This document shows, one piece after another, positions 21,417 to 29,176 of a stretch of 32,000 nt of DNA. The translations under genes and the position numbers were made by a program. The notes beneath the pieces are model-generated. The model had not been told where the DNA came from. It was given only the letters and a program-made list of their open reading frames with translations, and ran no database searches. The stretch lies in the NCBI RefSeq assembly GCF_013177435.1, contig NZ_CP053627.1, forward strand, positions 1,170,001-1,202,000, in the 5' to 3' direction. Source of the DNA: Xylella taiwanensis. Its GTDB lineage: Bacteria > Pseudomonadota > Gammaproteobacteria > Xanthomonadales > Xanthomonadaceae. How positions within the stretch are numbered: position 1 is the first letter of the stretch; the number at the start of each line of letters is the position of its first letter.

Positions 21417-21537
21417 GTGGGCAAGGGCAGCAAGGGAGAAAGATAGGCTGTGTTATTTGTGGCTGGTGGAGGGGGGAGGCAGCTTGGATAGCATTTTATG
21501 TGTTTTGTGTGGCTTTCAGGAATGCCCTGTTTAGAGT

Positions 21538-21553
21538 TGGCACGCTTCATGCT
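21538..21553 (+). promoter_or_regulatory. Sigma54 (-24/-12)-type promoter candidate TGGCACGCTTCATGCT
   Basis: Matches TGGCAC-N5-TTGCW at every position except the first T of TTGC. GG is at 21539-21540 and GC at 21551-21552, with canonical spacing. Confidence 0.3.
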
Positions 21554-21563
21554 TCTAACCGTT

Positions 21564-21685
21564 TTGCACCTGCCGCGGTAGTGCGACTATAGGCGCAAAG
21601 GTTGGGATTGGAACGGGGCTGACCACGCGTGCGGTGGGGAAGCATGGGGCTGGCAGGTCAGGGGACTGCCGGCCCTTGATTTTTT
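21564..21685 (+). ncRNA. Candidate small RNA (about 120 nt) bounded by the sigma54-type promoter and an intrinsic terminator
   Basis: No ORF longer than about 11 codons lies between the promoter and the terminator. Internal GC-rich hairpins are present (e.g. CCACGC-GT-GCGGTGG). The next + strand gene is 1.2 kb away, beyond the terminator. Confidence 0.3.
21647..21685 (+). terminator. Rho-independent terminator
   Basis: GGGCTGGCAG-GTCAGGGGA-CTGCCGGCCC forms a 10-bp GC-rich stem with one G-U pair and a 9-nt loop, followed by TTGATTTTTT. There is no T-run on the opposite strand, so it is + strand specific. Confidence 0.6.
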
Positions 21686-22013
21686 AGGACGTCCCACAAC
21701 GTGGGTACATGTATCGATTCGAGTCCAGAGCTGACCAACATAAAGCCTAGATCACAAAACGAAGGCTTTTGCTGTATTAGGTGCCGACTCCCGACAGGGG
21801 TCGGAACAGGGGGGATCCAAATTTCCCTGCCGGGTGCCGACATTAAAAGCCAAACAACCTCAGGTCAAAAACCGACGCTGGAGGTCACAACGTGTTTAGG
21901 TTGTAGGTAATGCACCCTGCGATGCAAGTGCTGATTGCAGTAAATGTGTTATTTGTCACGCTATGTAATGCGTTTCAGAGGAGGCTGGAGTCCTTGATCT
22001 GTTTCGAATTGCG

Positions 22014-22340
22014 TCATGGTGAACGCACATGCGTTTCGATATGGTTTTGTTGATCTATCTTCATTGGTTGTTCGAGAGGTCGTGTTCGGCTCGGGTCATG
22101 ATGCGGCTTTGGCCAGTATCGGGGATACCTGTGGTTGCTATAAAAGCTGCGGGGGTAGATCGGGGGTATCGGATAATCGAACAAGCCATTCATCCCGTAG
22201 CCGTAGGGGGAGTAATAGCTTGGTGGATAGTGGTATTCCACCGTCGGTGTGCTGTGGTAGTAGCCGTCGGTGTAGCTGTAAGTTGCACAGCCACTGATCG
22301 CCAACAGCACCAGTATGAAGAGGGACAGATGGGCTTTCAT
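22014..22340 (-). CDS. Putative lipoprotein, Tyr/Pro-rich
   Basis: MKAHLSLFILVLLAISGC is a signal peptide plus lipobox. The mature part is dominated by Y, P and H (YSYTDGYYHSTPTVEYHYPPSYYSPYGYG...). Confidence 0.55.
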   Translation of the reverse strand: MKAHLSLFILVLLAISGCATYSYTDGYYHSTPTVEYHYPPSYYSPYGYGMNGLFDYPIPPIYPRSFYSNHRYPRYWPKPHHDPSRTRPLEQPMKIDQQNHIETHVRSP

Positions 22341-22929
22341 CGGGGTGTTTTTGTTTCGATCATCATATTTACGTGGCGAGGCATTGAACTACTGTTAACT
22401 CATCGAGATAAGGTCGTGATATTTCTGTGCCTGGGTACTGGTTGCAAGTAGGTATGACACGCTTGGGCGATCTGTTTGTGCCTGCTGTTTGGGTGTTCAA
22501 GCGGGTGGCCACCATTCTTGTTGCCAGCTTGGTGAAGATGTAGCGTTTTTTCGGACATCATTGGATATATGGTGGAGCGATCCGTGTGCAAGTGTATTTC
22601 TGCAGATTGAAGGTTGCATGGCAGTTCAGCCTGAATAGTATTGGACTTTAAAAACAGATGGAGTTGCATTGATATCCCGTTATTCTTGATCCTTGGTGAC
22701 GGTTGTCGTGGTGGCGATGCTGAACGGTGGCGACGTGAATCCCGCTGACCTGAGCGATGATGCGGTACTCATCTTTGGCGTTGTCGGTCAAATCATGTAT
22801 AGGGGGCTCGACGAAGATGCTGCTCCTGCGGGTACAGGTGTTTGGTCGCAGGCCGCGTGGTGAGTCCGCAGCGATGTGGTGTGGTATTGCGTGTCTGCGC
22901 CATAGAATCATCTCTGCGCAATCGATTGT

Positions 22930-23616
22930 TTGGCTGACGGCGTGCTTTACTGGGCGCTGCTGTGGTGTCGGTTTCCTCATCGGTGGCGTGAGCGTTTTGG
23001 TGGCGTTTTGAGTCGTTGTATTACAGGCCGTCGCTGGTGGGAATGGATCTGCTTTCTGGTGGTGCTCGTGTTCCTCTGGCTAGTGGCAGTTGCCAGCTGG
23101 ATCGTCTGGATTGGCCAACGTGATCAAGCGGCATCATCTGATGTGATTATTGTGCTCGGCGCTGCTGCCTACGACGCTAAGCCGTCACCTGTATTTGAAG
23201 AAAGGATCCGTCATGGTTTGTATTTGTATCGGCGTGGCTATGCATCTGCGTTGATCTTTACAGGTGGCTTTGGTGGTAATGGTGCGCGCTTTGCCGAATC
23301 ACAAGTGGCGCGCCGTTATGCGTTGCGTTACGACGTGCCGGCCAGTGCGATTTTTATCGAGACTGTTTCGCGGACAACACGCCAAAACTTGATTCAGGCA
23401 CGTGGGCTCATGCGGGTTCATGGATTGCGCCGTGCTATTGTGGTTAGTGATCCGTTACATATGGCACGTGCGTTGCGGCTGTGCCGCGAACTGGATATCG
23501 ATGCGTTGGCTTCGGCGACGCCGAGCACGCGCTTCCGCAGCTTGCACACTCGTTGGCGCTTTTTGCTGCAAGAAGTGTACTTTTTCCATCGTGATTTGGT
23601 GATAGAGGCCAATTAA
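22930..23616 (+). CDS. DUF218 (YdcF/ElyC/SanA-like) membrane-anchored protein
   Basis: N-terminal TM segment (WICFLVVLVFLWLVAVASWIVWIG) followed by VIIVLGAAAY...LIFTGGFG...ETVSRTTRQN...IVVSDPLHMARA. There is no ATG before residue 159, so the start must be TTG or GTG (e.g. 22930, 22939 or 23008). Confidence 0.75.
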   Translation: MADGVLYWALLWCRFPHRWRERFGGVLSRCITGRRWWEWICFLVVLVFLWLVAVASWIVWIGQRDQAASSDVIIVLGAAAYDAKPSPVFEERIRHGLYLYRRGYASALIFTGGFGGNGARFAESQVARRYALRYDVPASAIFIETVSRTTRQNLIQARGLMRVHGLRRAIVVSDPLHMARALRLCRELDIDALASATPSTRFRSLHTRWRFLLQEVYFFHRDLVIEAN

Positions 23617-24600
23617 GTACGGACAGTTATATTCGAAATACGCCAGCGTTTTTTCACGGACATTGTTGAGTGGGTATCATCAGTGTGGGTTTGTGTCTTG
23701 GAGCATACAACCCTCGATCTTGCGGTATCGCGCTGATATGACTGTCGGTGAACGGGATCGGCTTGGGAAGGAGTCGCTATTAGGTATCTTGCCTCGGATA
23801 TCATGGGAAGCAGGGGTGTGGTGATCCATGCTAAGAAAGTAAGTGCTTCCTGGGGTCTATACCTATTGATCGACGAGTTGTTCATGACAATGAATCTGAT
23901 CGCCACTACTCGACCGTAAGGGGCCTCCAGAGTGCCTCATTACTTGATAACTGCTGGTTCGCTGAGAGGGTGTTGTATTGCTACGGGGTTGGCATCCATT
24001 CCTACATACCAGAATGTAGTTAGCCCCACAGGTATTTTCGGACATTTCAGAAAATGACCGAAATGTTCAGTTGGATCATCTTGGAGGATGTGGATGTACT
24101 GCCCGTTACTTTTCTAAAGAAGAATGTGACGAGCGATCCCGTACTCACAATGTCATCATGGAAGTGAGTCAAAGGGTTTTTCAGCTTCCAAATTATGGAA
24201 CTCAGAGGTGGGCGGGGAGACATTGCGGTAGCTACCTCTTGGCTTTGGGTGCTGGTCAGCGGGTGCTTTATTGATTTCTACAACGGTTGTTTCTGCTCAC
24301 CTTATCAATGCTGTAATACGTTGTCTGTTATGTGAGTGATTTTATGCGGAGTATCCCTGGTACCTTGTTTAGTGCAGGGTGCGTGTGTTCTTGCGGTGTT
24401 GTGCGATCTGCATTCCGAACTAGGGAGAGCACTGTCGATGATGCTCTGAACACGTTGCATCAATGACAGTGGGGTGTTTGCTTTTGTGTCACGGGAGAGA
24501 TGCGATGGTGGCTGAGTGTCGCTAATAATTAATGGTTTTTCTGGGACTATCTGCGGTTTTAATTTATTGCTTGCAGTATGTGGACCGTAAGTGGTGTGGT

Positions 24601-25506
24601 TTACCACAGTAAGATGCCAATGATCAGCAGCGTGAAGAGGCTCCACTTGAGGGTTTGGTACAGCGTGTTGCTATATTCTTTCAGTGCTTTGCCTTTGAGG
24701 CGCAATGCGTAGAAGTAATGGAACACACGGTTGATGTTGCCGATCTTATCGCCTGCTTGGTTAGGTGAAGTGCCGGCAGCGATTAAATTGCGGGCTATGA
24801 GGCGATTCAATGCTTGTGCCCAGCGCCAGCGCATTGGGCGTTCGATATCGCAGAACAGGATGATGCGATTGTGCTCTGTGTCGTTACGTGCGTAGTGGAT
24901 ATAGGTCTCGTCGAACATGACCCATTCGCCGTCGTGCCAGGTGTAACGTTGACCATCGACGTCGATAAAGCAGCGCGGGTTGTTGGGAGTTGCTAAACCC
25001 AGGTGTAGACGCATCGAGCCGGCGAATGGGTCGCGGTGTGGACGCAAGTCACCGCCCGGTGGCAGTTCGGCGAACATGGCGGCCTTGACCGTGGGAATGT
25101 TTTTCAGCAGAGCTGTGGTTTTGGGGCACAGCGCGATAGCAGATGGATGTGTGGTGCCGTACCACTTTAGGTAGAAGCGTTTCCATCCACGTCGGAAGAA
25201 CGAGTTGAATCCTGCGTCGGTATGGCCGTCGGCTGCTCGGATCTTCTGTATGCGTTGCAACGCGAGTGCCTCGTCGCGGATTGTAGTCCATTGAGTGCGT
25301 AAGGGCATCAGCTCGGGGAAGAATGTGGCGGGGTCGATGAACGGTGTCGTGGGTATGCGGGAACACAGGTACATCAGTGCATTAATCGGTGCCATGAAGG
25401 TCGAATGGTCGAATAGCTGCCGTCTCCAACGGTGGCGAACACGGCCTCGGAAGTGGGTGTACAGGACCGAAGAGATAAAAAGGACTATGAGAGACCATTT
25501 AATCAT
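24601..25506 (-). CDS. lpxO: Lipid A / Asp-Asn beta-hydroxylase family Fe(II)/2-oxoglutarate dioxygenase (LpxO-like)
   Basis: 301 aa with N- and C-terminal TM helices. Blocks DAGFNSFFRRGWKRFYLKWYG, LPPGGDLRPHRDPFAGS and FDETYIHYA match LpxO as I recall it. Confidence 0.85.
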   Translation of the reverse strand: MIKWSLIVLFISSVLYTHFRGRVRHRWRRQLFDHSTFMAPINALMYLCSRIPTTPFIDPATFFPELMPLRTQWTTIRDEALALQRIQKIRAADGHTDAGFNSFFRRGWKRFYLKWYGTTHPSAIALCPKTTALLKNIPTVKAAMFAELPPGGDLRPHRDPFAGSMRLHLGLATPNNPRCFIDVDGQRYTWHDGEWVMFDETYIHYARNDTEHNRIILFCDIERPMRWRWAQALNRLIARNLIAAGTSPNQAGDKIGNINRVFHYFYALRLKGKALKEYSNTLYQTLKWSLFTLLIIGILLW

Positions 25507-25581
25507 GTGAAGGGGAAGTATCGCAGTATCAGAGGAGAAGAGTGATCGTATCCCAAGGGGCGAGTCTTGTGGCTGCGGTGC

Positions 25582-26469
25582 TTAGCTGGAATCACGGCGG
25601 CGGATTGGAATGGAGTCGATTGGCATACTGGCAACTTCATGATTGTTTTCCATGATCATTGGGTTTGATGCTGGTGCCCAAGCACAGGCGTAGATGACTT
25701 CCCAGGAGCTGGGGAGTTTGTTATCGGCGTTGCGCCGTGCTTCATAGGCAGCAGTGGTTGCTGCGAAGCGGCCGCGCCCTGTCAGGGTAGTACGACGCTC
25801 TTGTAGAGCATTAGTTGCGCCGATCATACGCAGTGCACGCATCAGTGCTGGCAAGTTGTCGTAGGTCAGGGTGAACAGATCGCGGTCCAGTACGGGGTTC
25901 TGGAAATGAGCCAATACGAGTGCGTCGCCAAACTGGGCCATTGATGGAAAAGGGCTGATGTGCGGTACTGTATCGGCCTGGGCAAATGCCTCACGCAATT
26001 CGATCAGAGTCTCTGGTCCAAAGATAGAGCACAGTAGCAGGCCGCCGGGCCGTAGCGCTTGGCGGAAGCCAGCCAATACCGTTGGTAGATCTTCGAGCCA
26101 CTGTAGGCATAGGTTGCTGAAGATGACGTCGACACTGGCGTCGGCCACTGGCAGCGTGCGTGCATCGCCACATACCTGCGCAAATGGTTTCCACCAGTGA
26201 CTGCGTTTCCGTGCTTCTTGCAACATCGGCATTGCTTGATCGAGTGCGATCACCTGTGCTTTGGGCCAGCGCTTTTTCATTGCGATGCTGGCACGTCCAG
26301 GACCGGCTCCTACATCGAGTATCACGCGCGGCATGTGGTTACCGAGGTAATCCAGGGATTCGAGCAGACGTTGTTCGACTTCTTGCTGGAGTATGGCGTT
26401 GGCGTCATAGCTGTGTGCTGCGCGCGAAAACGCGCGGCGAATGTGATGAGTATCAAAAATGCCGTTCAT
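25582..26469 (-). CDS. bioC: Malonyl-ACP O-methyltransferase
   Basis: FDTHHIRRAFSRAAHSYDANAILQQEV is a BioC-type N-terminus. VILDVGAGPG is SAM-binding motif I, and VDVIFSNLCLQW is also present. Preferred ATG is at 26469; an alternative upstream start is at 26496. Confidence 0.85.
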   Translation of the reverse strand: MNGIFDTHHIRRAFSRAAHSYDANAILQQEVEQRLLESLDYLGNHMPRVILDVGAGPGRASIAMKKRWPKAQVIALDQAMPMLQEARKRSHWWKPFAQVCGDARTLPVADASVDVIFSNLCLQWLEDLPTVLAGFRQALRPGGLLLCSIFGPETLIELREAFAQADTVPHISPFPSMAQFGDALVLAHFQNPVLDRDLFTLTYDNLPALMRALRMIGATNALQERRTTLTGRGRFAATTAAYEARRNADNKLPSSWEVIYACAWAPASNPMIMENNHEVASMPIDSIPIRRRDSS

Positions 26470-26476
26470 CAGTGGG

Positions 26477-26713
26477 TCATTGTAGAGGCATTGCATCTAC
26501 TGATCTGGTGCTAGGAGCATGTTCACGATCTTTTGAGCCTTTATGCCGTTCCAGTTTAGGTTGAGTAACAAACGTTTGTAGTGTCTCCACAAGCCAGCGC
26601 GTTGTAGACATGCATCCTGTAGGAGTGGCGCAGTTCGGAAGATTTTGCCTTTTTCTTTGCAGGCATGCAGTGTCTTCTTTGATTCGGGTTATGCGTAATT
26701 TTTTAGTGTTCAA
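26477..26713 (-). pseudogene. Possible C-terminal relic of bioH-type alpha/beta hydrolase
   Basis: The minus-strand frame ends ...WLVETLQTFVTQPKLERHKGSKDREHAPSTRSVDAMPLQ* 8 nt before the bioC ATG. xLV...(about 22 aa)...xHAP has the spacing of the catalytic-His block (D-x-LVP...GHAPF) of BioH-like esterases. The remainder is not recognisable and is cut off by the IS fragment. Confidence 0.3.
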
Positions 26714-26825
26714 GTTCGTTCGGGTGGGTGTCTGAGCGATTGCTGTGCTTTTTCTGTATGTACGTCGGTTTTTTTCTCAGTGAGATCGATTCGATCAAGG
26801 CGGAGAATGTGGTGATGTCGTTACA

Positions 26826-27001
26826 TTACATTTTGATCGTGCCGCATTTCGACGTAATCAGTGATATACAAGCGTCGCAATGAGGTCGAGCGCCTGTTCT
26901 GCAATCTTAAGCGCTATCGTCACATCTGCTTCCGATGCGAGAAGCTTGAAGTCATGTTCATCGCCTTCGTTTGCTTGGTTCTGATTGCTGATGGCTGGTA
27001 A
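26826..27001 (+). mobile_element. IS5-family (DDE_Tnp_1) transposase C-terminal fragment, remnant only
   Basis: Frame 26870-27001 reads KRRNEVERLFCNLKRYRHICFRCEKLEVMFIAFVCLVLIADGW*. This fits the conserved Y-K-x-RN-x-(V/I)ER-x-F-x-x-LK-x-x-R-x-I-x-TRY-(D/E)-K tail of IS5/IS427-type transposases. The upstream part is only readable in another frame (ILIVPHFDVISD). No N-terminal portion or terminal inverted repeats were identified. Confidence 0.6.
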
Positions 27002-27430
27002 TCGTCTTGGCAATCCCTGGAGGGTGTTATTGATTGACCCAAACAGATGATGGTAGCTGCCAAGTGGCTAGATTCTTTTGATATTCGCTAGTGTTGGCAT
27101 ACTGCTTGTCGTGCGAGCAAGTCAGGATGGTCGTGATGCTGCTGAGTAATGCAGGATGCAAGCAGGCGAAGGAAGTGTGTTGGGCAAGGCAGAGGGGATT
27201 TACGGGGTATTTCGCTATGGTGGCGAAACAGTGTCCAATAGTTTCTCGTGCCGGTCATTGCACGCCTGTGCAAGTCCGACATCATTCTAATCGACGGGAG
27301 TACCCATATGCGGTAAGCCCTCAAAAACAGTCTTTCGCAAGTGTTCTGTGGACTTTGGCACCGCGTTATTTTTGTCTGTGGACGCTTTGGGAAGATCATT
27401 GCACCTGATGTTCACTCCGAGAAAAGCCCA

Positions 27431-27851
27431 TTACATCATCGGTGCGTGAGGATCGCCTCGATCACATGTTTGTCAAAGCTTTCATTGTTGACGAGTAAGT
27501 GTGACGGCACCAATGCTTTGGTGTGTGGGGTTCGATCGATAGTTGCCCAGCTGCGGCAGTCTGAAAACGGGAGGGGTTGCACGCGCAATGTGGTCGGACA
27601 CATATTCAACCGTATCGAACATTGTTCGTTGAATCTTGATGCGCGATGAGAAGCCAAGTGTGCCGGCAGTGATGTCGTATTCGCCTCACGTGCCTGTGTG
27701 CTTGGATCATGCGTGAAAACGTAAATATGATTTAGACGAGATACGAGATATCTGGTGCAAGCGGTGAGTATCATTTTCAAAAAATTCACCGTTTTATGGT
27801 GACAGCAATGATTTTTCCGATATTGGGTCCAGTTATGGAAAAAGGTGTGCA
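27431..27851 (-). pseudogene. COG0523 (CobW/ZigA-family) metallochaperone GTPase relic with in-frame stops and frameshifts
   Basis: Hand translation gives TPFSITGPNIGKIIAVTIKR* (Walker A region, cf. PVTVLTGFLGAGKTTLL). After a shift it continues NGEFFEND...(cf. NEFGE)...*...*GEYDITAGTLGFSSR (cf. NNGCICCTVR) ...MFDTVEYVSDHIARATPPVF (cf. FDxIxIETTGLADPxPV) ...SIGAVTLT (cf. LDGVVTLVDA), then in another frame PSHLLVNNE. The motifs are collinear with correct order and spacing. There are at least three TGA stops. Confidence 0.45.
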
Positions 27852-27858
27852 ATTCAGA

Positions 27859-28083
27859 TCAGCGTTGTGAGGCATTCTCAATAGCTAACGTGAACCAATG
27901 CGTGATCTGTAGTAAATGTGCTTGGCCCCAACATCGTATGAATTGCTGAGTGTGGAAATTGTTCGGGTCACGCAGTGCAGCCAGGCGTTCCTCGATATAG
28001 GTGCGAGTCAAAGGGATCTTGCAGCGGTGTTCGATGCAGTGACGCCAAGCTTCGTAGGTATTGGGGATTAATGGATTCATCAC
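27859..28083 (-). CDS. Small conserved-looking hypothetical protein (73-74 aa)
   Basis: MMNPLIPNTYEAWRHCIEHRCKIPLTRTYIEERLAALRDPNNFHTQQFIRCWGQAHLL... has a balanced, non-skew-like composition. It sits immediately upstream of, and on the same strand as, the COG0523 relic. Start is the GTG at 28083 or the ATG at 28080. Confidence 0.5.
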   Translation of the reverse strand: MMNPLIPNTYEAWRHCIEHRCKIPLTRTYIEERLAALRDPNNFHTQQFIRCWGQAHLLQITHWFTLAIENASQR

Positions 28084-28294
28084 AGGGGTGAAAATGGGGT
28101 GTTTGACAGTATTTGCTGGGATTTATTATGTTACTTTATATCAACTATTTGATGGTGTTCATTTATCTGTGCCCATTGTTGGGTGTTTCTTGCCATTGAT
28201 TGAATTGCAGTATCTGTGTGTGGTTTCACTGCGTATGCCGCGTGGAATCGTGACATGAATGACTTTGTTTGGCTGGGGGAGGGGGGCTGTCGTT

Positions 28295-28320
28295 ATTTTG
28301 TTACTGAATTTTGTTACTGA
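28295..28320. repeat. Perfect tandem duplication of 13-mer ATTTTGTTACTGA
   Basis: Read directly: 28295-28307 and 28308-28320 are identical. It is preceded by the G-rich motif GGCTGGGGGAGGGGGG (28271-28286). Confidence 0.9.
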
Positions 28321-29176
28321 CGCCACGCTTGTGCTGGATTGTGGATAGCGAGTGCTGGCAAAGGAATGTTTTCGAAAGTGTTCATATTCATCTGTGTTTG
28401 CGGTTGCTTTTGTCTGCACAGGTCGATTTCCATCGCTTTCGATACTTCATGTGGGATTGGTGTCTATTGCTGGAGTTGTGGATGATCTCTGATGGGCAGG
28501 GTGATTGGCTGGTGGATTCATTACCTGTTGTACTGGTGTCGTGGCTGGTTGCAATCGATCCTGGGTATGAGGGTAAGAGTCCTGGAAAGCTCTGTAAAAA
28601 CAATACGTACGAAAATCATCTGACAATGGCGGTGGCTGTTTGTTCGTGTGTGTATAAGTATATGGCTGCCAATTCACGTTATTTGCCGGTGGTCATTCTT
28701 ATCGGCGATTGTCTTTTGCGATTGCATCAATGCGTAGTAATCGTGTGTTGCCACAAGGTTGATGTGTTCGTTCTGACCCATGTTGATGTTGCTTTGAACC
28801 ATGATGCTCAGGGTGCTTCAGAGGATGTGCTGTTTGAAGATGCTGTCAGTTCTGTAATCACACGTTGGATTGCCAGTAGTGAGAATAGTGGCGACAACGA
28901 CAGCCAATGTGTCCAGCATTCTGTACAAAAACCCGATGGTTTTTTCGATAAACAGCACGATCCCTTCTGGCGTGTAGTTCGGATACAGAGTGCCCACGCG
29001 ATCCCGGTTGCATCTGTCGCGTGTTAAACAAGCTGCTTTCGTGGCAGATGATTGAGACTGGCTTCATGCGTGATACCGACAACTGTGGACGTTTGGTTTG
29101 TGGGCATCACCAGAATGTGTAGGTGCACTGGCTGTACTAGTCAGATTTTCTTCCTTATGTGTGTTGCGGGCTCTCG

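Noticed and set aside
21695-21894. MITE bounded by the 9-bp direct repeat CACAACGTG
   Set aside because: No terminal inverted repeats are found just inside the direct repeats, and there is no second copy in the window.
22542-24045. AGCGTTTTTTC(A)GGACAT at 22542-22558 and 23645-23663, and TTTTCGGACAT at 24035-24045, each giving a minus-strand ATG-TCC-G.. ORF start
   Set aside because: The similarity does not extend beyond about 17 nt, and the downstream ORFs are skew-type artefacts with unrelated sequences. It is borderline significant at best.
28094-28258. 54-aa hydrophobic ORF (MGCLTVFAGIYYVTLYQLF...) with GGGGTG upstream, divergent from the 74-aa ORF
   Set aside because: Its ATG is only 13 nt from the divergent ORF start, leaving no room for promoters. 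Its composition matches G+T-skew artefacts.
28311-29027. 238-aa + strand ORF, the longest unassigned ORF in the window
   Set aside because: The Cys/Trp/Val/Leu/Gly-rich composition is what translation of G+T-rich DNA produces. It has no motif, a TTG start and no RBS. Low A content on this strand suppresses stop codons, so the length is not evidence of coding.
29022-29030. TGTTAAACA as a Zur box upstream of folE2
   Set aside because: It is only a 9-bp palindrome, far shorter than known Zur operators, and lies about 150 bp from the start codon. That is insufficient evidence.
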